Origin: Schaalia odontolytica
Lineage (GTDB): Bacteria; Actinomycetota; Actinomycetes; Actinomycetales; Actinomycetaceae
Reading direction: 5' to 3'
DNA length: 32,000 nt
Assembly: GCF_005696695.1 (NCBI RefSeq)
Contig: NZ_CP040006.1
Location: forward strand, 1,260,001 to 1,292,000
Made by a program: the position numbers and the translations under genes. The notes under the pieces are model-generated. The model ran no database searches. It was given only the letters and a program-made list of their open reading frames with translations, and had not been told where the DNA came from. Positions 17,233 to 26,341 of the stretch are shown here, piece by piece; position 1 is the first letter of the stretch; each line of letters opens with the position of its first letter.

Positions 17233-18192
17233 CTAAAACTGCTCGAGAGTGCTCTCTTCAGCAGATTCATCCTCACTCACGCTGGTCCCCACGACATCGT
17301 CAGCATCAGATTCACCGGCGTCAGTCTGCAGGTCTTGGGCGTCTTCGTCCGCGTTTTCCGCAGTCGTCTCAGCGACAACGCGCGTCGGACGCCCAAGCCG
17401 GCCGGCGAGGACGAACACCAGTACTCCGAGTGCGAACACGAGGAGGGACGTCCATACATTGAGGCGCAGGCCCAAGACTCTGTGCGCATCGTCGATGCGC
17501 AGCATCTCGATCCAGCATCGGCCGGACGTGTAAGCCATCAGATACAAGCCGAACACCTGTCCCCCGGCGAAGCGGTGACGCCGGTCGAGCCACACGATGA
17601 GCGCGGCGGCGGCGAGGTTCCACAGGCACTCGTAGAGGAACGTCGGATGGAACAGCGTCCCCGCGGGGTAGCCGGCGGGCATGTGGGCGGCATCGATCTG
17701 GAGGCCCCAAGGCATGGTCGTCGGAGCACCGAAGAGCTCCTGGTTGAACCAGTTTCCCCAACGGCCGATCGCTTGGGCGATCAGCAGGGCCGGGGCCAGG
17801 GAGTCGGCGATGGGTCCGAGTCGAACACCCGCACGTTTGACCGCGATATACACGCCGAGCGCGCCGAAGGCGACGCCGCCCCAAATGCCGAGGCCTCCAC
17901 GCCAAATCTGGAAAGCGAGCATCGGGTCACCGCCCGGACCGAAGTAAGCATCCGGGGACGTGATGACGTGGTAGATGCGCGCGCCGACGACGCCGAGCGG
18001 GATCGCCCAGAGCGCGGCGTCGTACAGCGTGTCCGGGTTTCCGCCGCGGTCGCGGTAACGGCGTGCCGTCCACCAGACACCGATGATCATGCCTGCGGCG
18101 ATGATGATGCCGTAGGCCCGCAGCGGAATCGGCCCTAGGTACCAGACGCCCTGCGAAGGCGACGGAATACCGGCCGCGATGAGGGCGCTCAC
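17233..18192 (-). CDS. lgt: Prolipoprotein diacylglyceryl transferase
   Basis: The motifs LRAYGIIIAAGMIIG, GRWGNWFNQELFG and HPTFLYECLWN are present. The GTG start overlaps the trpA stop (GTGA). It carries an acidic C-terminal tail of about 45 residues. Confidence 0.93.
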   Translation of the reverse strand: MSALIAAGIPSPSQGVWYLGPIPLRAYGIIIAAGMIIGVWWTARRYRDRGGNPDTLYDAALWAIPLGVVGARIYHVITSPDAYFGPGGDPMLAFQIWRGGLGIWGGVAFGALGVYIAVKRAGVRLGPIADSLAPALLIAQAIGRWGNWFNQELFGAPTTMPWGLQIDAAHMPAGYPAGTLFHPTFLYECLWNLAAAALIVWLDRRHRFAGGQVFGLYLMAYTSGRCWIEMLRIDDAHRVLGLRLNVWTSLLVFALGVLVFVLAGRLGRPTRVVAETTAENADEDAQDLQTDAGESDADDVVGTSVSEDESAEESTLEQF

Positions 18193-18998
18193 GCGTGTGC
18201 CCCACTCACGCCGGACTTCAGCTCGGTGGCGAGCTCACCCAGGGCCTTCAGGCCACGGTCGATGTTCTCGTCGAACAGAGTCTTGACGAGCGCGGATCCG
18301 ACGATGACACCGTCCGCGTAGGCGCCGATCTCGCGGGCTTGAGCGCCGTTGGAGACGCCGAGGCCCACGCACACACGCTCGGCTCCGGCGGCGCGGGTGC
18401 GCTCCACGACGTCAGCGACGTGAGCGCCGACCGCTGCACGCGCACCCGTCACGCCCATCGACGAGGCCGCGTAGACCCAGCCGCGCGAGTGCTCGGCGAT
18501 GAGCTTGAGGCGATGCTCAGGGGATGAAGGAGCGCTCAGATAAATACGTTCGAGGTCGTACTTGTCCGACGCCGCCTCCCACTGCGCGCCCTCCTCAGGC
18601 GGCAGGTCCGGCGTGATGAGGCCGGAGCCGCCGACGGCGGCGAAGTCCTTAGCGAAGCGCTCAACGCCCCACCACTCGACGGGGTTCCAGTAGGTCATCG
18701 AGCAGGTCGAAATACCGTACGAGGTCAGCTCGTCCACCGCGTGGAAGAGATCCTCAAGGTGCGTGCCTCGTTCGAGGGCGGCGACGGTCGCACGCTGGAT
18801 GGTCGGGCCGTCCATGCCCGGATCCGAGTACGGGAAGCCGAGCTCGATGACGTCGACGCCGCAGTCCGCCAGGACCTTACCCGCGCGGATCGAATCCTCG
18901 ACCGACGGGAATCCAACGGGCAGGTATGCGATGAGCGCAGCGTCGCCGCGCTGGAGGGCGGCGTCAATCGCGACAGCTGAATGGGGTGCACGCGTCAT
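18189..18998 (-). CDS. trpA: Tryptophan synthase alpha chain
   Basis: The motifs LIAYLPVGFPS and VIELGFPYSDPGMDGPTIQ are present. The start is set at ATG 18998, 1 nt after the trpB stop, with GAGGAG 7 nt upstream. The ORF-track extension to 19031 is rejected. Confidence 0.93.
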   Translation of the reverse strand: MTRAPHSAVAIDAALQRGDAALIAYLPVGFPSVEDSIRAGKVLADCGVDVIELGFPYSDPGMDGPTIQRATVAALERGTHLEDLFHAVDELTSYGISTCSMTYWNPVEWWGVERFAKDFAAVGGSGLITPDLPPEEGAQWEAASDKYDLERIYLSAPSSPEHRLKLIAEHSRGWVYAASSMGVTGARAAVGAHVADVVERTRAAGAERVCVGLGVSNGAQAREIGAYADGVIVGSALVKTLFDENIDRGLKALGELATELKSGVSGAHA

Positions 18999-18999
18999 G

Positions 19000-20298
19000 T
19001 CACTTCTCCTCGTTCTCGTCCAGGACGGCAACGCCCGACGGGCCGGCGCTGGGGTCGATGACCTGCAGCTTCGCGTGTCCGTAGCCGAACCACCGCGATG
19101 CCGTGTCCACGTCCTTGTCGCCGCGACCCGACACAGTCACGATCACGATGGGCTCCTCACCCGGCGCAAACGGGCCCTCGGCCTCGGACTTCGCGCGGGC
19201 CCAGGCGCGCACGCCGGCGAGGGCGTGCGAGGACTCGATCGCGGGGATAATGCCCTCCGTGCGCGACAGGTGCAGGAAAGCGTCCATGGCCTCAGCGTCC
19301 GAAATGGGCATGTACGAGGCACGACCGGTGCGCGCCAACCACGCGTGCTGCGGGCCGACACCCGGGTAGTCCAGACCGGCGGAAATCGAGTGGGAGGCCT
19401 TCGTCTGACCGTCGCGTTCCTGCAGCACGAACGTGCGTGCACCGTGCAGCACGCCCACCTCGTCAGCAGTGATCGACGCGGCGTGTCGCCCGGTCTCAAA
19501 GCCGTCGCCGGCCGCCTCGCAACCGAGCAGCTCGACGCTGGGATCATCGATGAAAGCGGTGAACGAGCCGATGGCGTTGGAGCCGCCGCCCACGCAGGCC
19601 ACGACGACGTCGGGCAGGCGTCCCTCGGAGGCGAGCAGCTGGGCGCGCGCCTCGTCGCCGATGACACGCTGAAGGTCACGCACCAGCTCCGGGAAGGGGT
19701 GCGGGCCGGCGGCCGTACCGAAGATGTAGTTGGTCGTCTCCACGTTGGTCACCCAGTCGCGGAAGGCCTCGTTGATCGCGTCCTTGAGGGTCGCCGATCC
19801 GGCCGTCACGGCGATAACCTCGGCGCCGAGCATCTGCATGCGCGCGACGTTCAGCGCCTGGCGCTCGGTGTCCTCACGTCCCATGTAGATCGTGCAGTCG
19901 AGGCCGAGGAGAGCAGCTGCGGTCGCGGTGGCCACGCCGTGCTGACCGGCGCCGGTCTCGGCGATGACACGCGTCTTGCCCAGCTCCTTGGTGAGCAGGG
20001 CCTGGCCAAGCACGTTGTTGATCTTGTGCGAACCCGTATGGTTCAGGTCCTCGCGCTTCAGGAACACACGCACACCGCCCAGGTCGGCTGCGAAACGCGG
20101 TGCCTCGGTCAGCAGCGAGGGACGGCCCGCGTAGTTCAGGAACAGGTCGCGCAGACGGCGCTGGAACGACTTGTCGCGCCACAGGCGCTTCCACGCGGCT
20201 TCAACCTCTTCGAGGGGACCCATGAGGGACTCGGCGACGAAGCGTCCACCGAAATCACCGAAGTACGGTCCTTGCGCAAAGTTCTCAGCAACCATCAC
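19000..20298 (-). CDS. trpB: Tryptophan synthase beta chain
   Basis: The motifs [21 protein letters not shown] and a PLP-enzyme core are present. The start is GTG 20298 or ATG 20295, and both overlap the trpC stop (GTGATG). Confidence 0.96.
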   Translation of the reverse strand: MMVAENFAQGPYFGDFGGRFVAESLMGPLEEVEAAWKRLWRDKSFQRRLRDLFLNYAGRPSLLTEAPRFAADLGGVRVFLKREDLNHTGSHKINNVLGQALLTKELGKTRVIAETGAGQHGVATATAAALLGLDCTIYMGREDTERQALNVARMQMLGAEVIAVTAGSATLKDAINEAFRDWVTNVETTNYIFGTAAGPHPFPELVRDLQRVIGDEARAQLLASEGRLPDVVVACVGGGSNAIGSFTAFIDDPSVELLGCEAAGDGFETGRHAASITADEVGVLHGARTFVLQERDGQTKASHSISAGLDYPGVGPQHAWLARTGRASYMPISDAEAMDAFLHLSRTEGIIPAIESSHALAGVRAWARAKSEAEGPFAPGEEPIVIVTVSGRGDKDVDTASRWFGYGHAKLQVIDPSAGPSGVAVLDENEEK

Positions 20299-21152
20299 TG
20301 TCCTTCCTGACGCGCCGCGGCGACGCGAGCCTTACGATCCGTTCGCAGAGCGGGATGCTGCCCGGCACTCACCATGTCCTGGATGCTCGCGCGGGGGTCG
20401 CCCGAGGTCACGAGCGCTTCGCCGACGAGCACAGCGTCCGCGCCCCACTTGGCGTATTCAAAAACATCATGCGCATTTGCGACGCCGGACTCGGCGACGG
20501 CGACAACATCCTGGGGAATCACGTCGATGACCTGCTCGACGGTCGAGCGGTCCACTTCCAACGTCTTCAGATTGCGAGCGTTGACGCCAATGATCGAAGC
20601 GCCGGCCTCCATTGCGCGCAGGGCTTCGAGTCGCGAGTGAGTCTCCACCAGTGCCTCCATGCCGAGCGAACGAGTGCGTTCCAGCAGGGACACCAGCACA
20701 TTCTGCTCGAGCGCGGCGACGATCAACAGCACGAGGTCAGCGCCGTGAGCACGCGCCTCGTGGATCTGATACGGCGTAACGATAAAGTCCTTGCGCAGAA
20801 TCGGAATGTCGACGGCCGCGCGCACGGCGTCAAGATCCGCGAGCGAGCCGTTGAAGCGACGTTGCTCGGTGAGCACCGAGATGACCGACGCTCCCCCGGC
20901 CTCGTACGTCGACGCGAGAGCGGCAGGATCCGGGATCGCTGCGAGCGCCCCCTTGGACGGCGAAGATCGCTTGACCTCGGAGATGATCTTGACGGCACCG
21001 TCGCGGTTACGCAGAGCTCCGAGAGCATCCTTCGCCTCCGGGACCTGGGTCTCCATCTCCTTGATTCGAGCCAGAGGGACGCGGTCTTCACGCTCTTTCA
21101 GGTCCTCGCGGACCCCAGCGATAATGTCATCGAGAACGCTCACGACGCTCAC
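20295..21152 (-). CDS. trpC: Indole-3-glycerol phosphate synthase
   Basis: The motif [13 protein letters not shown] and a TIM-barrel IGPS pattern are present. The start is GTG 21152 or GTG 21143, and the latter has better-spaced SD-like sequence (AAGGTGAG). It has a C-terminal extension of about 25 aa. Confidence 0.93.
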   Translation of the reverse strand: MSVVSVLDDIIAGVREDLKEREDRVPLARIKEMETQVPEAKDALGALRNRDGAVKIISEVKRSSPSKGALAAIPDPAALASTYEAGGASVISVLTEQRRFNGSLADLDAVRAAVDIPILRKDFIVTPYQIHEARAHGADLVLLIVAALEQNVLVSLLERTRSLGMEALVETHSRLEALRAMEAGASIIGVNARNLKTLEVDRSTVEQVIDVIPQDVVAVAESGVANAHDVFEYAKWGADAVLVGEALVTSGDPRASIQDMVSAGQHPALRTDRKARVAAARQEGQ

Positions 21153-21191
21153 CTTTCAGGCAGAAATGATCAATCCTCACCTAGGCTAGCG

Positions 21192-21218
21192 AAAAATGGC
21201 CGCCAACGAGTCAGCCAT
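21192..21218 (-). terminator. Weak terminator-like hairpin plus T-run between trpE and trpC
   Basis: The minus strand reads ATGGCTG(A)CT / CGTT / GGCGGCCAT, 9 bp including 2 G-U pairs and one bulge, followed by TTTTC. It lies 13 nt after the trpE stop. Confidence 0.35.
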
Positions 21219-21231
21219 CCCGCACTACGGG

Positions 21232-22797
21232 TCAGGACAGAGGAACGAGAGTCGACGCCCGCACGACGGACTCAACCGCCGCGGCGGCCTTATTACGCGA
21301 CTCCTCGTACTCCAGGGCAGGAACCGAGTCAGCAACGAGACCCGCACCCGCCTGCACCGAGGCCACACCGTCCTTCAAGGAAGCAGTGCGAATAGCGATC
21401 GCTAGATCCGCGTCCCCCGACAGGTCGAAGTAGCCGACGACGCCGCCGTAGACGCCGCGGGCCGCGGGTTCGAAATCATCGATCAGCTGGATCGCACGAG
21501 GCTTGGGCGCCCCCGACAGGGTTCCTGCGGGGAACGTCGCGACCAGCGCATCGAGCGCGTCGGCATCCTCGCGCAGCACACCCGTCACCGTGGAGGAAAT
21601 ATGCTGAATGTGCGAGAAACGCTTGAGCTCCATGAGCGTGGAGACCTCGACCGACGCAGGATCACAGACCTTCGACAGATCGTTACGAGCCAGGTCCACA
21701 AGCATCACGTGCTCCGACAGCTCCTTCGGGTCCTCGAGAAGCTCGGCCGCCAGGCGATGGTCCTCGGCCGAATCTGCTCCGCGTGGGCGCGAGCCGGCGA
21801 TCGGGTACGTCCAGACGCGGCGCCGCTCGGTCTTCACGAGGGTCTCGGGGGACGAGCCGACGACCTCGAAATGACCGCCCCGCTCGTCGGGCAGATCCAG
21901 GAAGTACATGTAGGGCGAGGGGTTGACCGTGCGCAGCACTCGGTAGACGTCGATGCCGCTGGCCGGTGTCGACACGTCGAGGCGCTGGGAAACGACGATC
22001 TGGAAGGCGTCGCCGTCTTCAATCGCCCGCTTGGCCGCGTTGACGGAAGACTCAAAATCTGCACGCGCCGTGCGCTCGCGCACCTCGGGCGGCGTGGCAC
22101 CGCTGGCGCCCAGAACCGCGGGGGCGATCGGGGTCGCAAGCTGCGCGGTCATCGCGTCGAGGCGCTCAATCGCGCGGTCGTACGCCCCGTCAACACCGTC
22201 AGCCGAGCCGTTCAGGTTCCAGGCGATAGCCATGAGGTAAACCGAACCAGTCGCATGGTCGAGCGCGGCGACCTCGGTGGCGAGCACGAGCGTCGCATCC
22301 GGGATGTCGGATTCCTTCGGCGCGGTCGCTGCGAGCGTCGGCTCCCACTCGGGGATGATGCCCCAGCCCAGAGAACCAACGAGAGCACCCGTCAGCGGGG
22401 GCATTCCTTCAATCGCAGGCGCGGCGAGCTCTTCAAGGGCAGAGTGCACGACCTCAAGGAAGGTTCCCTCCTCCAGGGCACCCTCAGGATGCGAACCGAT
22501 CCACTGCGCACGTCCGTCACGCGCGACGATCGCACCGGCGCTCGATGCGCCAACGAACGACCAGCGTCCCCACGAACCACCGTGCTCAGCGGATTCCAGG
22601 ATGAAGCTGCCGTAGTTACCGTGCGCAAGCTGTCGGTAGACACCCACCGCGCTCAGCTCGTCGGCGAGCACACGGCGCACCACGGGGATCACGCGGCGCT
22701 TCGCAGCGAGATCAACAAAGACGTCGCGCGGAGGCCACGTCTGGCCCCATTCGAGGCTCACAGACTCAGACTGATACGAAGGCGTCGAAATACTCAC
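21232..22797 (-). CDS. trpE: Anthranilate synthase component I
   Basis: It has a chorismate-binding enzyme C-terminus (GAGLVADSVPALEYEESRNKA) and an N-terminal FILESAEHGG...RWSFVG block, and it sits next to trpCBA. The start is set at GTG 22797 (521 aa). The ORF-track start at 22905 would overlap the upstream gene by 41 nt. Confidence 0.88.
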   Translation of the reverse strand: MSISTPSYQSESVSLEWGQTWPPRDVFVDLAAKRRVIPVVRRVLADELSAVGVYRQLAHGNYGSFILESAEHGGSWGRWSFVGASSAGAIVARDGRAQWIGSHPEGALEEGTFLEVVHSALEELAAPAIEGMPPLTGALVGSLGWGIIPEWEPTLAATAPKESDIPDATLVLATEVAALDHATGSVYLMAIAWNLNGSADGVDGAYDRAIERLDAMTAQLATPIAPAVLGASGATPPEVRERTARADFESSVNAAKRAIEDGDAFQIVVSQRLDVSTPASGIDVYRVLRTVNPSPYMYFLDLPDERGGHFEVVGSSPETLVKTERRRVWTYPIAGSRPRGADSAEDHRLAAELLEDPKELSEHVMLVDLARNDLSKVCDPASVEVSTLMELKRFSHIQHISSTVTGVLREDADALDALVATFPAGTLSGAPKPRAIQLIDDFEPAARGVYGGVVGYFDLSGDADLAIAIRTASLKDGVASVQAGAGLVADSVPALEYEESRNKAAAAVESVVRASTLVPLS

Positions 22798-22864
22798 CGC
22801 ACTATTGTCCCATCCGGACGCGCACTCGTCCCGGCGTGGTCCACGATAAGACCTGCGCTTATCC

Positions 22865-23557
22865 CTACAGCCAGTCGGGGACAACGCCCCATGCAATGGT
22901 GCCAACGAGCGCTGACCCGATCATCCAGGGGCCCATCGGAACGCGTGTCTTCGTGCCAGCGGATCCGACGACGATCTTCCACAGTGCCGCGACGCCCGCG
23001 GACACGAAGGAGAGCGCGAGGGCAAAAATCGCAGCGTGCAGTCCCACGGAACCAACCAATGCTCCCAAGACCGGAGCCAGCTTGACGTCACCGCCGCCCA
23101 TCCCGCCGGGCAAGCGATTCAACAACGCAACCGGGACGAACCAAATGAGCGCACCGATGAGTGCGCCGAAGAGCCGTTCCTGCCACAGCGGCGACATCAC
23201 GCCGCCGACGATCACGCCGAGAACGACACCGATGCCCATTGCGACCGTGTAAGCGTTGGGCAACCGATGGGTACGAGCGTCGACGTAAGCACTCAGCGCA
23301 CCGATCATCGCAACCGTCATCACGCCGGGCATACCGGGACGCATCTGCGCCGCGACAAAGAAGATTGCTCCGACGATGCCCGCGCTCCACACGATCGCAT
23401 TGCGTGTGAGGGGCTTTTGCGTCGCTTCGATGAAGTAGCGGCGCTGAATCTTCCATCCCGACCGCCACAGCCACGAAAGAACCACAATCCAGGTGAGAAA
23501 ACCTGAGATCAACGACAGATCGGTGTTCAGCCACGACGGCAGCCACGTCACGATCAC
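22865..23557 (-). CDS. A24 family aspartic peptidase (prepilin peptidase, TadV/CpaA-like, 230 aa)
   Basis: It is polytopic, with the two catalytic Asp contexts YVDARTHRLP and GGGDVKL. There is no N-terminal Cys-rich methyltransferase region. The GTG start overlaps the aroE stop (GTGA). Confidence 0.8.
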   Translation of the reverse strand: MIVTWLPSWLNTDLSLISGFLTWIVVLSWLWRSGWKIQRRYFIEATQKPLTRNAIVWSAGIVGAIFFVAAQMRPGMPGVMTVAMIGALSAYVDARTHRLPNAYTVAMGIGVVLGVIVGGVMSPLWQERLFGALIGALIWFVPVALLNRLPGGMGGGDVKLAPVLGALVGSVGLHAAIFALALSFVSAGVAALWKIVVGSAGTKTRVPMGPWMIGSALVGTIAWGVVPDWL

Positions 23558-24423
23558 GAGGCAGCCCCTTCCCCACCCACCCGCGCGCGTCGAGCAAGTT
23601 CTGCCTCCAGAGCGTCACGCATGACTTCGGTCTTCGGGCTGCGCCCCGTCATGAGCTGTACCTGCGCTGCCGCCTGGAAGATAAGCATGTCGGTACCTTC
23701 GGCAACGATGCCACCGTTCCTTTCAAAAACGCTGCGCAGCCCCGTCTCGCGAGGAGAGTAGACAACGTCGAGGAGAACCTGGTCCTCTCGAACTGTCATC
23801 TCCTCGGCAAGCGGGTCAGCAACGCCAGCAGGCAGCGTCGAAATCACAAGGTCAGCACCGCTGACCGCACGAAGAACCGCGTCGCGATCCGACCAGAGCA
23901 CCTGTTCGATGCTGACGCCCAGTCGAGTGGATGCAGCGACGACGGAACCGGGTCCCCCGAAACGGCGCGCGGCAACGGTGGAGGTCACGATGCCAAGCTC
24001 ACCGAGGGCGGCGAGCGAAGACGAGGCCGTGGCTCGCGCCCCGAGCACGACGGCACTTGTGGGGAGCGCTCGGTCCGCCTGCGAGCACGCGCGCCGAATC
24101 GCCGACGCGATCCCCGTGACATCCGTGTTGAAGCCAGCGAGCACGCCGGAGGAAGGAACCACCGTGTTGACGGCGCCAACTCCAGTGGCAAGCGGATCGA
24201 TCGCGTCCAGGAGCGGAATGATCGCCTGCTTGCAGGGCATCGTGACCGACAGACCACGGAAGGAATCGTCCAACCCTGAGATGAACTCGGGCAGGCTCGC
24301 CTCATCGTGCTCGATGCGGCGGTACTCCCATCCCTCAATTCCGAGGTCTTCCCATGCCGCCCGGTGGATCACCGGGGACAGGGAGTGCTCAATCGGGGAA
24401 CCGATGACACCGGCCCACATCAT
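23554..24423 (-). CDS. aroE: Shikimate dehydrogenase
   Basis: The motifs GSPIEHSLSPVIHRAAW, SVTMPCKQ and GAVNTVV are present. The ATG overlaps the mltG stop (ATGA). Confidence 0.9.
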   Translation of the reverse strand: MMWAGVIGSPIEHSLSPVIHRAAWEDLGIEGWEYRRIEHDEASLPEFISGLDDSFRGLSVTMPCKQAIIPLLDAIDPLATGVGAVNTVVPSSGVLAGFNTDVTGIASAIRRACSQADRALPTSAVVLGARATASSSLAALGELGIVTSTVAARRFGGPGSVVAASTRLGVSIEQVLWSDRDAVLRAVSGADLVISTLPAGVADPLAEEMTVREDQVLLDVVYSPRETGLRSVFERNGGIVAEGTDMLIFQAAAQVQLMTGRSPKTEVMRDALEAELARRARVGGEGAAS

Positions 24424-25856
24424 GACGCGGTGCAGACCTTCGGGTTTGCGTTGCAGTACGCCTTGAACTGTTCGCGGTTCTTCTCCTGTTCCTCGAGAGT
24501 CGAGGCAAACAGAGTCTCACCCGTGTCCAGGTTGACCGTAACGAAGTACAGCCAGTTGCCTTCAGCCGGGTTCAGGACTGCCTTGACGGCCTTCTCGCTC
24601 GGCTGTCCGATCGGGGTCGGAGGCAGACCTGCGTGCAGGCGCGTGTTGTAGGGATTGTCGTTGTCCAGGTCCGCCTGGTCCGGAACGCCGCTGGTCTTTC
24701 CGACGCCGTACAGGACGGTCGAGTCCATGCCGAGGTACCCCTTCGTCTCACCATTCGTGTCGGCGAGGCGATTCTCGATGACGCGAGCGACCATCGGCAT
24801 GTACTTGTCGATGTTCATTTCACCGTCCACAATCGACGCCTTAATCAACACGGTCTGCCGATCCGCGGGGGCAACGCCGAGACGATCAAGCTCATCGACG
24901 GTTCCCTTCACCATCCGCGCGATGACGGTCGTCGGCGTGTCATCCTCGGAGACCTCGTAGGAACCGGGCAGCAGCCATCCCTCGGCGTTTCCACCGGCCT
25001 CAGACGGCAGGCCGATCGCTTCCGTGTCGGCGAAAGCAGCGTCCACCTGTTCCTCGGTGACGCCCATGATGTCAACGATCCGCTTCTTGACCTCGGACAT
25101 CTTCTGACCCGACGTGATCGTAATCGTCGAATCGACGCGGTTCGTCTCATCCAACAGGCCTGCAAGCGCACCGGCTGCACTCATCTGTTGCTTCAGACGA
25201 TACGTACCGGGGCGAATGGACATCGATGCCGGCGTCTTCTCGAACTGACGCACGAAGGCACCGACGGACTTCACGACGCCCGCATCCACGAGCGTCTGGC
25301 CGATATCGCGACCGGACGAATTCTCTACGATCGTCACCTCGACCGAGCCGGTGCCCGGCCCGGGGAAGTCATCCGATGCAGTCGTCGACGAGTTAAAGAG
25401 CTGATCGTAGGCGACGTAGCTGGCACCGGCCAGCAGGCCGAGCACCAGAACGATAATGAAGAAGGACCGCACCCGACGGCGGCGCTTGCGCTTGCGTGCC
25501 GCTCGTCGTTCACTGGCGAGGCGGCGAGAACGCATGCCCGTGGTCTCTGAAGGCGATTCCGCTCCCTGCGCTGCACTGCGCTGACGCAGCGCTGCACCGG
25601 ACACGCGAGGAGTCGCGCCCGTATCCGTCACCTCGTCGAAAGAGGGAAGCGTGCGCTCACCCTGAGCCGTCGCTCGGACGGGCGCCACGGCCTCGTCACG
25701 AGAGGAAGCGCCACGCAAGTCGGTTCCCTGAGCGGGCGTCGCTGTCGCGTCCTGCGATGCGTGCTGCTCGTGTAGCTCGGCATCCGAATAGACCTTTCGC
25801 TCGCCGGAATGAATCTCTCGACGAGAACGGAAGGGGTAAGGGGGAGGCGTACTCAT
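24420..25856 (-). CDS. mltG: Endolytic murein transglycosylase MltG (YceG-like)
   Basis: The C-terminal YceG block is NPYNTRLHAGLPPTPIGQPSEKAVKAVLNPAEGNWLYFV. The N-terminus is about 130 aa and looks disordered. It ends in a basic cluster (RRAARKRKRRRRVRS) followed by one TM segment. The ATG overlaps the ruvX stop (ATGA). Confidence 0.9.
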   Translation of the reverse strand: MSTPPPYPFRSRREIHSGERKVYSDAELHEQHASQDATATPAQGTDLRGASSRDEAVAPVRATAQGERTLPSFDEVTDTGATPRVSGAALRQRSAAQGAESPSETTGMRSRRLASERRAARKRKRRRRVRSFFIIVLVLGLLAGASYVAYDQLFNSSTTASDDFPGPGTGSVEVTIVENSSGRDIGQTLVDAGVVKSVGAFVRQFEKTPASMSIRPGTYRLKQQMSAAGALAGLLDETNRVDSTITITSGQKMSEVKKRIVDIMGVTEEQVDAAFADTEAIGLPSEAGGNAEGWLLPGSYEVSEDDTPTTVIARMVKGTVDELDRLGVAPADRQTVLIKASIVDGEMNIDKYMPMVARVIENRLADTNGETKGYLGMDSTVLYGVGKTSGVPDQADLDNDNPYNTRLHAGLPPTPIGQPSEKAVKAVLNPAEGNWLYFVTVNLDTGETLFASTLEEQEKNREQFKAYCNANPKVCTAS

Positions 25857-26341
25857 GCGTGCGCTCCTTCGCTTGGTTCGAGGATGATGTCCTCACCGGG
25901 AGCTCGACCGCCCATCCGTTCGAGCTCGAGTGCCTGTTCCAAAATGATCTGCGCCGCGACCTGGTCGATGATGCTGCGATGCTCGATCTCAGGAATCCCG
26001 GATGCGCGAAGACGCGCGTGCGCCTGGTTGGACGTCATACGTTCGTCGACCATAGCCACGCGAACATCGGGAACAAGCTTCTTAATGCGGCGCGCATACT
26101 TACGCGCCCCCTTCGCTGAGATCCCCTCTCCCCCACGCAAGTGCCGAGGAAGGCCAACGATCACTTCGATTGCATCGTGACTACGTACAATGTCGGCTAA
26201 GCGATCAAGATCGGACAGATCGGGAGCCCTGTGAAGGGTTTCGACGGGCATCGTGAGAATACCGTCGGGGTCGCACCGGCTGACGCCGACACGCACGGTG
26301 CCGACGTCCACGCCGATACGAATCCCCCGACGAATACTCAC
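25853..26341 (-). CDS. ruvX: Putative pre-16S rRNA nuclease / Holliday junction resolvase-like YqgF
   Basis: The N-terminus RIGVDVGTVRVGVS and the size (162 aa) fit YqgF. The GTG start overlaps the alaS stop (GTGA). Confidence 0.9.
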   Translation of the reverse strand: MSIRRGIRIGVDVGTVRVGVSRCDPDGILTMPVETLHRAPDLSDLDRLADIVRSHDAIEVIVGLPRHLRGGEGISAKGARKYARRIKKLVPDVRVAMVDERMTSNQAHARLRASGIPEIEHRSIIDQVAAQIILEQALELERMGGRAPGEDIILEPSEGAHA

